From positions 23,622,001-23,686,000 of the forward strand of contig OX597838.1 of NCBI GenBank assembly GCA_951406725.2: a stretch of DNA of 64,000 nucleotides. Direction: 5' to 3'. The stretch is from Octopus vulgaris. Taxonomy: Eukaryota. This document shows, piece by piece, positions 36,241 through 50,502 of this stretch. A program made the position numbers and the translations under genes. Every line of letters starts with the position of its first letter. Position 1 is the stretch's first letter. Under the pieces are notes generated by a model. That model made no database searches, had not been told where the DNA came from, and saw only the letters and a list, made by a program, of their open reading frames with translations.

Positions 36241-38166
36241 GATTGTGTTAAGCTTCTAAGTTTACCAAGCATGGTCAGACGGTTTTTTTTGTTTTTCGGT
36301 GGTGGTGGTGGTGGTAGTGGTGGTAGTGGTGGTCATTATCGTCGTCATGGTGGTTATTTTGGGTTGCACATGTAAGAATTTAATCCAGAGATATCTACCT
36401 TGAAATTTGATTCTTTTAATCGCATTCAGAGAAAATCATTTGACCAGACTGCTTAAATCTACGTTTTACTACTTCTAGACAAATTAATAGGTGTCCAGAC
36501 TTATCAACCGTTTTTGCAACTAAAGCTGATTCGTCTTAATCTCTTTTGATATCTGAGACCACTTCTGATTCTATGATACAAACTTACTGTTTTAAAGTGA
36601 TTCATTTTAAAACTTAACCTCAAAATTCCGTGTTGACAGCAACAACGAAAATGATGGTGATGATGACAATGACGACCACCACTACCACCAAAAAAACCAA
36701 AATCAAATGGAAATTGTATTTGAGATCCCTGTGCCGGTGGCTCGTAAAAAGCACCATCCAAGCGTGGAAGCCGTTCAAGGTGGCCAGTGCTGCCTTGACT
36801 GGCTTCCATGTTGGTGGCATGTAAAAAGCACCAACCGATTGTAGTCGTTGCCAGTCCCCCTCTGGTCCCTGTGCCAGTGGCACATAAAAAGTACCATCCG
36901 AGCGTGGAGGCCAGTCAAGGTGGCCAGTGCCGCCTTGACTGGCTTCCATGTCGGTGGCATGTAAAAAGCACCAACTGATTGTGGTCGTTGCCAGTCCCCT
37001 CTGGACCCTGTGCCAGTGGCTCATAAAAAATACCCAGTATGCTTTCAGAGTGGTTGGTGTTAGGAAGGCCATCCAGCTGTAGAAACACTGTCAGATCAGT
37101 GGAAACACTGCCAGATAAGGCGGCGAGCTGGCAGAAACGTTAGTATGCTGGGTGAAATGCTAGCAGTATTTCGTCTGCCATTACGTTCTGAGTTCAAATT
37201 CCATCGAGTTTGACTTTGCCTTTCATCCTTTCAGGGTCGATAAATTAAGTACCAGTTACGCACTGGGGTCAATTTAATCGACTTAAATTCTTTGTCTGTC
37301 CTTGTTTGTCCCCTCTATGTTTAGTCCATTGTGGGCAATAAAGAAATAAGAAACACTGCTAGATCAGACTGGAGCGTGGTGCAGCCTCCTGGCTTCCCAG
37401 GCTCCAGTCAAACTGTCCAACCCATGACAGCATGGAAAACGGACGTTAAACGATGATGATGATGGTGGTTATGATGATGATGATGATGATGATGACTAGT
37501 TTAACACTTTAGCATTTAAACCAGCCATATGCAGTCAAAATATTCTACCTGTTTAATGCTCAAACTCACCACACCTGACCTCTCACACCAACCCTAGAAC
37601 ATCATTCCAAAAATAAAGGATTAGCTCATAAAAAATTTCGAACCTACAAAATAATGCCTGATTAATTCAAGAATTACTTTTGAGAGTCATAATGTGAATA
37701 TTAAATGGTCGATATTAGGTTCCAGAGAAAGTCCTGTTGCATTTCGAGATACTCTTTTACTTGTTTCAGTCATGTGACTGTGGCCATGCTGGAGCACCGC
37801 CTTTAGTTGAGCAAATCGACCCAAGGACTTATTCTTTGTAAGCCTAGTACTTATTCTATCGCCCCCCCCCCACTCACCCACCATCGCTTGATAACCAATG
37901 TTGGTGTGTTTGTGTCCCTGTAACCTAGCGATTTGGCAAAAGCGTCTGATAGAATAAGTACCAGGCTTACAAAAGAATAAGTCCTGGGGTTGATTTGTTT
38001 GACTAAAGGCGGTGCTCCAGCATGGCCGCAGTCAAACGACTGAAACAAACAAAAGAATACGAAGAATAAACGAATATATGCACACATACATAATACACAC
38101 ACATATATACACATACATCTATCTATATATATATATCTTTATCAATATCTCCCTCTCTTTCTCTCA

Positions 38167-38179
<13 letters not shown>

Positions 38180-38199
<20 letters not shown>

Positions 38200-38203
38200 G
38201 TCA

Positions 38204-38253
<50 letters not shown>

Positions 38254-38361
38254 TTTCAATATATACATATGTATATTCAATATATATATATATCTTTACA
38301 CACATACATTCATTAAATACATACATAGATGTGCATGTATATATATAATATGTATACACAC

Positions 38362-38392
<31 letters not shown>

Positions 38393-38447
38393 TACATACA
38401 TACATACATACACACACACTCACACATACATACATACATACATACAT

Positions 38448-38508
<61 letters not shown>

Positions 38509-38640
38509 TACATACATACATACACACACATACATATACACACATACATACATACATACATACATACACACATACACACACCCCTACATACATACACCCC
38601 TACATACATACATACATACATACATACATACGCAAACACA
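38180..38640. repeat. (TA)n/(CATA)n/(CA)n compound microsatellite
   Basis: Direct reading. Confidence 0.95.
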
Positions 38641-38988
38641 TACAGACACTTACGTAAGTTTCCTGACTAATAACCTTTACTAATCTTCGGAACTCCACAT
38701 TAGACTAGAAAATTTTATGCAGCAAACACTCCGATTAACTTTCACTCGGAAATATCAAAGGGCCAGCTGAATTTCTACAGTGTGGCATTTATAGTAAGTT
38801 ATATAAGCTAACTTGTCATTTTAATCCGTGGCCTCGTTAACGTTACGACAGTTGAGAGGGGACGTAACTCTTCAGTGCCTAGTGAAATAGGTTAAGAACT
38901 GGTTCTCTTTTAAATAAAGAAAAACGTATAAACAATTAATGCACGTGAACTGATGTGAACTAGAGATAGCTTTACACTTCATGCTCAC

Positions 38989-39039
<51 letters not shown>

Positions 39040-39236
39040 ATTGTGTGTGTAACCTATTTAGTAGATGTATGAACAGGGCTAATTTAGCTATTTCTTCTTA
39101 GATTGTAAAAAAATGATTACCAGAGTTAATCGATTTTCGAAGCTTATCAGTTTCTCATCAGAAGTGTCTGCATCAATTTCACCAATCCACGAGAAACAAG
39201 CAGCCACTCTGCTGTTATATATATATAAATGAAAGA

Positions 39237-39411
39237 ATGGAGTCGAACGAAGATGTTAACAAAATTCCTTTACTCTCGACACATGTTTCGGAGACAGCAT
39301 GTTCTCATTTCCAAAGGAATAAAGGGTGCATTATGCAATCTTCTCATCAGGAAAGAAAGGGAGCCTCTCTCGACAACAAGACAAGCAAAAATTTCGATGA
39401 TTGCCTACATG
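39237..39411 (+). CDS. Candidate first coding exon of an unidentified gene (exon 39102-39411)
   Basis: Non-repetitive; branch-like GCTAAT and TTTCTTCTTAG acceptor ending 39101; AGAATGG start; MESNEDVNKIPLL...DDCLH; donor ATG|GTAAAC. No recognisable domain. Confidence 0.3.
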
Positions 39412-39891
39412 GTAAACAAAGCGACAATGAGTGTTTCTTTAAAAAAACGTGAATTTGCTACCCAGGTTTCGCTTAAACGAATTTTCCATGCTGACGATAA
39501 ACATAGAATAATTCATTCACCTACTTATATATAAGTAGCTTGCTTACCAATTACATGGTTCTGGGTTCAGTCCCACTGCGTGGCACCTTGGCCAAGTGTC
39601 TTCTACTATAGCCTCAGGCCAACCAAAGCCTTGTGAGTGGATTTGGTAGACAGAAACTGAAAGAAGCCCGTCCTATATGTATATATGTGTTTGTTTGTCT
39701 GTGTTTGTCCCCACCAACATCGCTTGACAACTGATGGTGGTGTGTTTACGTCCCCATAACTTAGCGGTTCGGCAAAAGAAACCGAGAGAATAAGTACTAG
39801 ACTTACAAAGAATAAGTCCTGTGGTTGATTTGTTCGACTAAAGGTGGTGTCCCAGCATGGCGACAGTCAAATGACTGAAACAAGTAATAGA

Positions 39892-39950
<59 letters not shown>

Positions 39951-41483
39951 TACAGAAATATATTATGAATGTATGTATACATGAGTACACACACACATAT
40001 ATATGCATCTATGAACACACACACAAATATGAATATATTATATTATGGCTGTGTGGTAAGGAGATTGTTTCCTAACCACATTGTTCCAGGTTCAGTCCCA
40101 CTGCTTGGCACCTTGGGCAAATGTCTTCTACTATAGCCTCAGGCAGACCAAAGCTTTGTAAGTGGATTTGGTCGACAGAAACTGAAAGAAGCTTGTAACA
40201 TATATGTATGTACATATCTGTCCGTCCGTCCGTTCATCCATCCATCCATCCATCCATCCATCTATTCTTTTACTTGTTTCAATCATTTGACTGTGGCCAT
40301 GCTGGAGCACTGCCTTTAGTCAGGCAAATCAACCCCAGGACTTATATTTTCTAAGCCTAGTACTTAATCTATCGATCTCTTTTGCTGCACTGCTAAGTTA
40401 CGGGGATGTAAACACACCAATCTCGGTTGTCATGCGATGGTAGAGTGACAAAAACAGACACACAAACATATACATTATCGTTTTTGTATCACCTAACTGT
40501 CTGGATTCTTTTGCATTCTTGTCCCACTTTTGTATTTTTTATATATAAAAATATAGCAGTGTACGTACACTTTGGTCTCATATATATTCAAACACAATGA
40601 ACTTATTTCAGTTTCCATCTATCAAATCTATTCACAAAACTTTGATCAACCTGAGGCTGTAGTAGAAGACACTCATCCAAAGTGCTATGCAGTGGAACTG
40701 AACCCAGAACCATGTGATTGAGGAGCAAGCTTCTTACTACTCACTCATTTTATACATGCATATATGTATATGTTTGTGTACGGCAGGTTTCTTTCAATTT
40801 CTGTCTACCAAATCCATTTACTAGGCGTTGGTCAGCCTGATGCTATAGCAAGGTGCCATGCAGTGGGACTGAACCCAGAACCATGTGGTTGGGAAGAAAG
40901 CTTCTTAGAACACAGCTGCACCTGCGCCTATACTGATTATTGATTAAAATATTATAATGGATGACCTGAAAGTCTGGATTTATAAGTGAAAATGAAAATG
41001 AAACACATTCAATCTGTGGAATAATAAAAAAAAAAACAAGAATTCTAATGATATTCCCTTTTGTTCAGACTGTATGGTCAGGTCAGATCAGATAGAAGGA
41101 CATATGTTGTTGCAGCACAATGCTGCATCCACCATTTGTCAGTATTTGCTCAGGTCGTCCTGACAGTCCGCCAAGTAGTGTCTCAATCAGTCCACATTTC
41201 CACAAGATATTTCCTTATCTGCTGTGACTACATTGCACATGACCAACATGAGCTGTCATTCCAGTTGGTTTCTCAGATAACGGAACATTATTCATAGAAT
41301 CTCAACTAGGGAAATCAAGCAACATAGGTGCAGGCATGGCTGTGTGGTAAGTAGCTTGCTTCCCAACCACATGGTTCCAGGTTCAGTCCTACTGCATGGT
41401 ACCTTGGGCAAGTGTCTTCTACTATGGCCTCAGGCCAACCAAAGCCTTATGAGTGGATCTGGTAGATAGAAACTGAACAAATG

Positions 41484-41528
<45 letters not shown>

Positions 41529-41913
41529 GTTTGTTCCTTCTTGAGCTATGCCTGAATCATAAGGGCCAGTTTCCCGGTTTCCTTGACGTATAGGTTCCCC
41601 ACCAGGACGGGACACTGGTCCGTCGCAGGTGAGCTGCAAGTTGTGGCGAAAGAGTCAGCAGAAGTTCACCATTACCTTCTGCCAGAGCCTAGGTGTTTCG
41701 CTCATAAACACACACATCACCCAGTCTGAGATTTGAACCTGCAATCCCTCGACCATGAGTCTGTTGCCCTATCCACTAGGCTATATGCCTTCACATATGA
41801 ATATATATAGTAAATCAAAAAAAATAAAGAACAAACACAAGAAAAAAAACAACAAAGTGAGAACGTGGTACATGCAAAGTATTAGCAGACGCTCAAGGAA
41901 GGAAAGAAAGGTG

Positions 41914-41948
41914 GTTTCACGTTTCGAGCAAAGCTCTTCTTCAGAAAC
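41914..41948 (-). ncRNA. Minimal type I hammerhead-like motif (cleavage triplet GUG, probably inactive)
   Basis: Minus strand GUUU-CUGAAGA-A-GAGC-UUU-GCUC-GAAAC-GUG-AAAC: canonical core, stems I and II, palindromic ACGU. Confidence 0.65.
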
Positions 41949-42189
41949 AGGAGACAGAGGAAAGTCCAAGAGAAAAGGAAGACAGAGGAAAAAAATTGCC
42001 AATGATTCACATGTGGTTACATACACACAGAAACACACACACATATATATTATGTATGTATGCGTATGTATATATATATATGTATGTGAGTGTCTGTTTG
42101 TGTGCTTGTCTCTGACCATCTCTTGACAACCAATTTTGGTATGTTTTGTATGTTTACTAATCTAGCGGTTCAGTAAAAGCAACTGATAG

Positions 42190-42875
42190 GTGCAGGAATG
42201 GCTGTGTGGTAAGTAGCTTGCTTACCAACCACATGGTTCTGGGTTCAGTCCCACTGTGTGGCACCTTTGGCAAGTGTCTTCTACTATAGCCTCGGGCCAA
42301 CCAAAGCTTTGTGAGTGGATTTGGTAGACGGAAACTGAAAGGAGCCCATCGTATATATATATATGTATGTATGTATGTGTGCATATATGTTTGTGTGTCT
42401 GTGTTTGTCCCTCCCCCCCCAACATCACTTGACAATCGATGGTGGTGTATTTACGTCCCCGTAACTTAGCGGTTCGGCAAAAGAGACCGATAGAATAAGT
42501 ACTAGGCTTTACCAAAATAACAAGAACTGGGATTGATTCATTCGACCAAAATTTCTTCAAGGTGGTGGCCCAGCATGGCTGCAGTCCAATGACTGAAACA
42601 AGTAAAAATTAGAAGATTTAAAGACCATGACCAACCAGTCTGACTTGATGCTTCCAAATCATACAAATAACAGGACACATCCCATGTTAACTGATATTGT
42701 TCATGATTTGATTGGAATTGAGTGGCTGTGTGGTAAGTAGCTTGTCTACCAACCACATAGTTCCAGGTTCAGTCCCACTGTGTGGCACCTTGGGCAAGTG
42801 TCTTCTACTATAGCCTCAGGCCGACCAAAGCCTTGTGAGTGGATTTGGTAGATGGAAACTGAAAGAAGCCCGTCG

Positions 42876-42914
<39 letters not shown>

Positions 42915-44121
42915 TTGTGTGTCTGTGTTTGTCCCCCAACATCGCTTGACAATCAATGGTGGTGTGTTTACGTCCCCGTAACTTAGCAGTTTGGCAAAAG
43001 TGACCAATAGAATAAGTACTAGGCTTCCAAAGAATTAGTCCTGGGGTCGATTTGCTCAACTTGGTGCTCCAGCATGGCTGCAGTCAAATGACTGAAACAA
43101 GTGCAAAGAGACTGATAGAATAAGCACCAGCTTTCAAAATAACAAGAACTGGGATTGATTCATTCGACCAAAATTTCTTCAGGTGGTGGCCAATGGCTGC
43201 AGTGACTGAAACAAGTAAAAATTAGAAGATTTAAAGACCATGACCAACCAGTCTGACTTGATGCTTCCAAATCATACAAATAACAGGACACATCCCATGT
43301 TAACTGATATTGTTCATGATTTGATTGGAATTGAGTGGCTGTGTTGTAAGTAGCTTGTCTACCAACCACATGGTTCCGGGTTCAGTCCCACCGCGTGGCA
43401 CCTTGGGCAAGTGTCTTCTACTATAGCCTCAGGCCGACCAAAGCCTTGTGAGTGGATTTGGTAGACGGAAACTGAAAGAAGCCCGTCGTATATATGTGTG
43501 TATATGTTTGTGTGTCTGCGTTTGTCCCCCCCAACATCGCTTGACAACCGATGCTGGTGTGTTTACGTCCCCGTAACTTAGCAGTTCGGCAAAAGTGACC
43601 GATAGAATAAGTACTAGGCTTCCAAAGAATTAGTCCTGGGGTCGATTTGCTCAACTAAAGGTGGTGCTCCAGCATGGCTGCAGTCAAATGACTGAAACAA
43701 GTAAAAGAGTAAAAGAGCAAAAGAGACTGATAGAATAAGCACCAGGCTTTACCAAAATAACAAGAACTGGGATTGATTCATTCGACCAAAATTTCTTCAA
43801 GGTGGTGGCCCAGCATGGCTGCAGTCCAATGACTGAAACAAGTAAAAATTAGAAGATTTAAAGACCATGACCAACCAGTCTGACTTGATGCTTCCAAATC
43901 ATACAAATAACAGGACACATCCCATGTTAACTGATATTGTTCATGATTTGATTGGAATTGAGTGGCTGTGTGGTAAGTAGCTTGTCTACCAACCACATGG
44001 TTCCGGGTTCAGTCCCACTGCGTGGCACCTTGGGCAAGTGTCTTCTACTATAGCCTCAGGCCGACCAAAGCCTTGTGAGTGGATTTGGTAGATGGAAACT
44101 GAAAGAAGCCCGTCGTACATA

Positions 44122-44154
<33 letters not shown>

Positions 44155-44463
44155 TTGTGTATCTGTGTTTGTCCCCCAACATCGCTTGACAATCAATGGT
44201 GGTGTGTTTACGTCCCCGTAACTTAGCAGTTTGGCAAAAGTGACCGATAGAATAAGTACTAGGCTTCCAAAGAATTAGTCCTGGGGTCGATTTGCTCGAC
44301 TAAAGGTGGTGCCCCAGCATGGCCGCAGTCCAATGACTGAAACAAGTAAAAATTAGAAGATTTAAAGACCATGACCAACCAGTCTGACTTGATGCTTCCA
44401 AATCATACAAATAACAGGACACATCCCATGTTAACTGATATTTTTCGTGATTTGATTGGAATT
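42190..44463 (+). repeat. Four-unit tandem amplification of SINE B plus a ~112-bp non-SINE flank
   Basis: ATTAGAAGATTTAAAGACCATGACC...GATTGGAATT occurs at ~42608, 43221, 43848 and 44352, each after a SINE B. Confidence 0.92.
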
Positions 44464-44647
44464 TGGAAACATAATCTATATCAGATAATAAACAATTGTT
44501 AAACGTGACAACATTGAATGACGTATTAAAAGAGGGAAAGACGTGGTGGGGAGGCTTGGTGATTAGTGCAGTGTAACCTTGAGTAAGACATTCCACTTCC
44601 CATTGTTCTAATCTACTCAGCTGATATGAGTATGAGCTGATTGCTGA

Positions 44648-44650
<3 letters not shown>

Positions 44651-44689
<39 letters not shown>

Positions 44690-44931
44690 TCTTTTTCTCT
44701 CTTCTGCTCACTTTCTTTCCCTTTTTCATTCTCTTACTTACTTTCACTTTCGCTCTCTTTTTCTCTCTTTCTCACCCTCTCTCTCTTACACTCTGTCTTT
44801 CTCTCTGTCTCTCTTTCACTATCTCGCTCATTCATTCTGCTTTCTCTCCCCCTCTCTCTCTCTTTCTCTTACTTTCTCTTTCTCTCTTTTTCTCTTTGTT
44901 CCTCTTTCTTTCATCCTTTCTCCCTCCCTCC

Positions 44932-44965
<34 letters not shown>

Positions 44966-44980
44966 TTCTCTCTATCTATC
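44651..44980. repeat. CT-rich low-complexity tract
   Basis: Direct reading. Confidence 0.9.
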
Positions 44981-46153
44981 TAGCCATCATATTCTTGATG
45001 TTCTGCTAGGTGAAAGGTGAGAAGCATGGGAGAGTGTCTGTGTCTACCTGTGATTATGCAGGCACCTGACGTAATTAGTGAAAGCATGTTGCAAGCATGA
45101 GTGTGTGGTTAAGAAGTTTGCTTTCCAACTACATTTCCAGGTTCAATTCCACTGCATGTCACCTTGGGCAGGTTTTCTGCTATAGCCCCAGACTGACCGA
45201 AACTTTGTGAGTGAATGTGGTCAATAGAAACTGAAAGAAGTCCACCATATACATGTCTGTATGCGCGTTTGTCTGTGTGTTTGTGTATGTGCATGTGTGT
45301 GTGTGTATCTGTATATGTGTGTGAGTGTATATATATTTATATATAGGTTAGTAGAGTTAGCGGTTGGAATAACCATCTAAGGGATAGGAATATCCGTTTT
45401 TACTACCAGTATAAATTACCTTTGAATCACATTTTGATTGATTTTATGTGAATCGTTTAATTTCTTTTTGAATGAAATATGTGAATCAATCAATCAATCA
45501 CTTTTAAATGAACTGTGTGGATTTATCACTCGTGTTTTCAATGTGTTTATGCGAATGGTTTAAAGATTTGTGAACACTCTTCGAGTACAATCAAGATAAA
45601 CATTTAATCAGTTGTTGAACTTAACCAAGCTTTTATTCCTCTCATAGAGCAATCATAGTGTCATTAAACTGTTAACACAATCATTCAAAACAATGGTGGG
45701 GAATCTTTTTTTTTTGTTATCTTAGAAGACTACAGAGAAGTTAACTGCTATCTAACATGGCCACATTAAAAAGAATCTATTTACACATGTTGTTATGCAT
45801 GTTTTAGCTGACAAATAATATTAGAAGTAGCATTACATTAACCCTTTCGTGTTTAAATCGGCCGTATCTGGCCCAGATATTTCTTCTGTTTTATGTTCAA
45901 ACTGGCTTGATCTAACCTCTCTCACTTACGCTACAATGCCATTCTAAAAATAAACAATAGAAGCATAGGAGTGGCTGTGTGGTAAGTAGCTTGCCTACCA
46001 ACCACATGGTTCCAGGTTCAGTCCCACTGTGTAGCACCTTAAGCAAGTGTCTTCTACTATAGCCTCGGGCCAACCAAAGCCTTGTGAGTGGATTTGGTAG
46101 ACGGAAACCGAAAAAAGCCTGTCGTATATATGTATATGTATATAAATGGCTTA

Positions 46154-46218
<65 letters not shown>

Positions 46219-46338
46219 CAATGGCAGTGCCCCGGCATGGCCACAGCTTGTGAGCTGAAACTAGATGAAATAAAATGAAATAATATATATATATATACGT
46301 TATATATATATATATATATATATGTATACATATACATG

Positions 46339-46382
<44 letters not shown>

Positions 46383-46593
46383 CACACATATATACACTGT
46401 ATACATACATGTAAGGTTTAGAAGGAAACTAATTTGGAAGATTTCAAATGTAAAACAATTAATAAATATAAGTAAATAAAAAAAATGAGCAAAATACATT
46501 AGATTTTATAAAATATATTTAAATAAAAAAAAAATTGAATGAGTGATGTTTTAGTTTTAGCTAATTATACAATTTACATAATTTGTCTTTTAG

Positions 46594-46663
46594 GATTGAC
46601 TTTCTAAGAGGAAATCAATATGTGGCCATTTGCCAGAAAATATTTGGCACCAGTTCAACTTTG
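46594..46663 (+). CDS. Candidate internal exon (70 nt), xIDFLRGNQYVAICQKIFGTSSTL
   Basis: Branch-like GCTAAT (46560), TTTGTCTTTTAG acceptor, consensus donor TTG|GTGAGT; only one frame open; GC higher than flanks. Confidence 0.45.
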
Positions 46664-47667
46664 GTGAGTAATTAAACAGACATATGAACAACTGAAACAG
46701 ATATGTAATCAGTAGTTATTTTCTGTAATTAATCTAATTAAAGAATGAGGCAAGAATTTTGAATAACACAGAATTAAACACCAATGAATTGGCGTCCCTC
46801 TTCTTCTTTCCATGTCTTCCCCCACCTCCGCATTCTCCTGCATTAAGAAAAGAGGATCCACAGGATGTGAATGACATTAGTTCATATCAAGGAAAAACTG
46901 GTAAATAATTCAGGTTTAACCCTTCAGTACTGATTCTACAAGAGACCATCCACAGTTCTGTGATATGAAATTCATATTTGAAACCTTTAGCATTCAGATT
47001 ACTCTGTCAAATATAATGCTTATTTATTCACATCGTTTTGAATAAATCATGAATTATCTCATAATTTTGAGCTTTCGATAATGTAACTGTTTCATTTAGG
47101 AATGACATTGTAGCATAGGTGTGAGAGGCAGGATCTGGTTGGTTTGAGCATAAAACAGCAAGAATATTTGAGCCAAATATGGTCAGTTTAACCCCTTAGC
47201 ATTCAGATGTATTGCTTATTTATTCACAAAGATATGAATTGGTAGCGATTTTTGTGTTGTGTTTAATTTTGCTAACCGAGGCATCATAGCTAATAGAGGC
47301 ATCAAAAAGTGTTAGTAAAAGAAATGGGGTTATAGTTAAAAACTGTTTGAGAGCAATGATTTAAAACTTCTATCATCATTTTTATCTTAGCTGTTGTGTC
47401 CCAAACACCAGTTTAACAAAGAAGTCATAACTTTAATAAATACCTCCAAATACTTTGTATATTTTGCAAATAAATTGAGTTGAAACGTGAGGAAAATGTA
47501 ATTATTTAATGAGAAACATAGTTACAAAAGCATTAAATCACTTTACAGATGAAAGACATGTGATAAGAATGGTTTCATACAAACATCAAAACCAAGATTG
47601 GCAAACACATTTTTGGAGGTCTACATACAACAATTCAATAATCAATAAATATATATATATATATATA

Positions 47668-47708
<41 letters not shown>

Positions 47709-49542
47709 GGACAGATAGATATAAGAACGAACTTGAAGCAGCTGTTTTCACATGTGTCATTCACAAAAGATTTTAAATAAAAGAATATGATGATGTTTCC
47801 TTCAAGCTTTCCTATTTCAAAATAATTCAGACAGTGAATATTCAAAAGAAAACCAGGCTTAGTTTACCAGCTGATGATCAGAAATGAGCCACTCGGAGTA
47901 CTGGAAATCAGAGCCTTTCAGTTATAATGTATATGCGTGCGCATGTGTGTGAGTGTGTGTGTATATGCATATATTTAAGTCTTCTTTATGTGTATTTATT
48001 GTTTTAGCAGTGGAGGCACATGGCCTAGTGGTTAGAGCAGCGGACTCGCGGTCGAGGGATCACGGGTTCGAATCTCAGACCGGGCGATGTGTGTGTTTAT
48101 GAGTGAAACACCTAAGCTCCACGTGGTTTCAGCAGAAGGTAATGGCGAACTTCTGCTGACTCTTTCGCCACAACTTTCTCTCACTCTTTCCTCCTGCATC
48201 TTGCAGCTCACCTGCGACGGACCGGCATCCCGTCCAGGTGGGGAACCTATACGCCAAGGAAACCAGGAAACCGGCCCTATGAGCCAGGTGTGGCTCGAGA
48301 AGGGACAAACAACAACAACAATTGTTTTAGCAAAAGAAACTCTGCTTTCACTAATACTTAGCTCTTCTGAAACACAACATTCTGAATCTGTAAATGCAGT
48401 TATTTTGAAATATTTCTTTTATGTATAAATATATGGAACAAATTTAATTTCTAACAGATGAAATAGTTTTGCCATCAAATGAGGTGTCAAAGAATTAGAG
48501 ACAGATAGAATTTTCACACACACATCTGTATATACACACACATCTGTATATACACACACAGACAGACACACACATAGTTAGCTAGATAGATAGTCATACA
48601 CATATATAATATATATTATTTATGCAGTAATATTAAATATATATATATATTTAATAATAGAGGTAGATTCATACATATATACATATTTGCATTATAAATA
48701 TATTTGTGAATATATAAAAGAACGGAGTAAGTGGAGCAAGATAATGATAAATGTCGCCCTTTTGAAGCCTAGCCCGGCTCATGGGCCCAGTTTCCCAGTT
48801 TCAGTGGCATATGTGTTCCCAACAGCTGGACGGGACACCAGTCCATCGCAGCATTACTCAAGAAACAGGAAGAGAGAGTGAGAGAAAGTTGTGGCGAAAG
48901 AGTACAACAGGGTTCGCCACCACCCCCTGCCAGAGCCTCGTGGAGCTTTTAGGTGTTTTTTGCTCAATAAACACACAGAACGCCTGGTCTGGGAATCGAA
49001 ACCGCGATCCTCCGACTGCGAGTCCGCTGCTCTAACCGCTGGGCCATTGCGCCTAAGTGGAGCAAGAACACAAACGAAAACGAAAACGAAAAGTGTTGCT
49101 GAAGAGGTCACAGATGTGTGATGAAAGATTTCCAGACAATGGACATGAGTTAAAATGACAAAATAAGAACAGTAATAAATGAGTGAAGAAAAAATATATA
49201 CAGTGCTTGTGTTTATTTGGCCCAAAAAATTAAAAGAAAATGACCATTCTGAAATACAGCAACTTATAAATATATATATATATATATATGTATACACGTA
49301 CACCAATATTTTAAACAATATATTGTTATAAGAAAATATTACATCGTTATTGAAAGGAACAAATTTTTAGATTGTCTTTAATGAGAGGAAAAATAAACCA
49401 AAGGGATTGCCAATGAACTGGTGCATTGAACTATAAAAAACATACCTTGTGGTATTTATTCTTTTTAAGTTATGTCCCTTAACATTATAGAAGGACTCTG
49501 CCATTCAATAAAGAGAGATCAATTAAGACTGGACAAAATATT

Positions 49543-49765
49543 CTTTTCTACTCTAGGCACAAAGCCTGAAATTTTTGGGGAGGGCACCAGTTGATTAAAG
49601 TGACCCCAGTACACAATTAAAACTTAATTTATCGACCTCAAAAGGATGAAAGGCAAAGTCGACCTTCGTGGAATTTGAACTCAGAACATAAAGACAGACG
49701 AGATACTGCTAAGCATTTTGCCTGGCGTGCTAACATTCCTGCCACCTTGCCGCCTTAAAGGCTGG
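49543..49765 (-). mobile_element. SINE A with TSD
   Basis: ACTGGACAAAATATT on both sides. Confidence 0.8.
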
Positions 49766-50465
49766 ACTGGACAAAATATTGTCATTGCCATAACTGGCTT
49801 GAAGGCAGTGTCCTAGCGTAACCACAGTTCTAAGACTGAAACCGATAAAATATCAAAATATTCTTCAAAAAAACAACATTTGGGACAAAAATATAGCAAT
49901 TTTACAATTTTAAGACAAAATACAAAAATTATTTATCATTATAATGGCCGGGTTCCAATCCAGGCCAAAATACAAAAGCCAACAAAATAATTCTTACAAT
50001 TATAAATTTTGTTTTGTAGGTTGGTTCTTAAAAAATAGAATTGAGGAATTTTTTTAGAAAAATATTGAGCATTAACAAAATAAGAAGAAAATAAAGCAAA
50101 AACAGAAAAATGTATTTTAATGTCTTGTTTGTAGGTATTACAATTGAAAAAATAACTCTTTTTCCAGGAATGCAAATCATCATCACCATCGTCATCATCA
50201 TCATCATCATCATCAACATGGTTTTTATGTTTTGTTAATTTTTGTTTTGTTCTTCATGCTGTTATGGTTTTTTTTTTTTTATTAGAGATAGTAATCTATC
50301 CCTGGAAGCTTTTCCTGTCATACAATGAATTTTTGAAATCATTTATTTATTTCATCCTGCTGCTTGTATAAGTATAAATATATATCTCTAAGATTTATTG
50401 AGGCACATGAAACAAGCATGCATACACACACACACACAAATTCATACACACACACACACATCAAA

Positions 50466-50502
50466 CATTCTGATGATGGCTTAGTTAGCCGAAATTTCGA
50501 AG
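50466..50502 (+). ncRNA. Hammerhead-like motif (canonical core, weak stem I)
   Basis: CUGAUGA-U-GGCU-UAGUU-AGCC-GAAA-UUUC; followed by AATAAA..TACTCTACC..GTATT.GAGT also seen near 27601-27640. Confidence 0.55.

Noticed and set aside
38201-38683. His/Thr/Tyr/Ile and Val/Cys/Met-rich ORFs (also 20602-20955, 32473-32931, 44641-45009, 51663-52141, 56938-57352)
   Set aside because: Microsatellite or low-complexity translations.
42190-44463. Repeat-spacer array
   Set aside because: The intervening segments are near-identical and the repeats are SINEs; it is a tandem duplication.
48010-48085. tRNA gene (also 17538, 14620-14690, 48985-49053)
   Set aside because: A and B boxes are present but there is no acceptor-stem closure, and the sequence continues into a repeated SINE body with TSDs.
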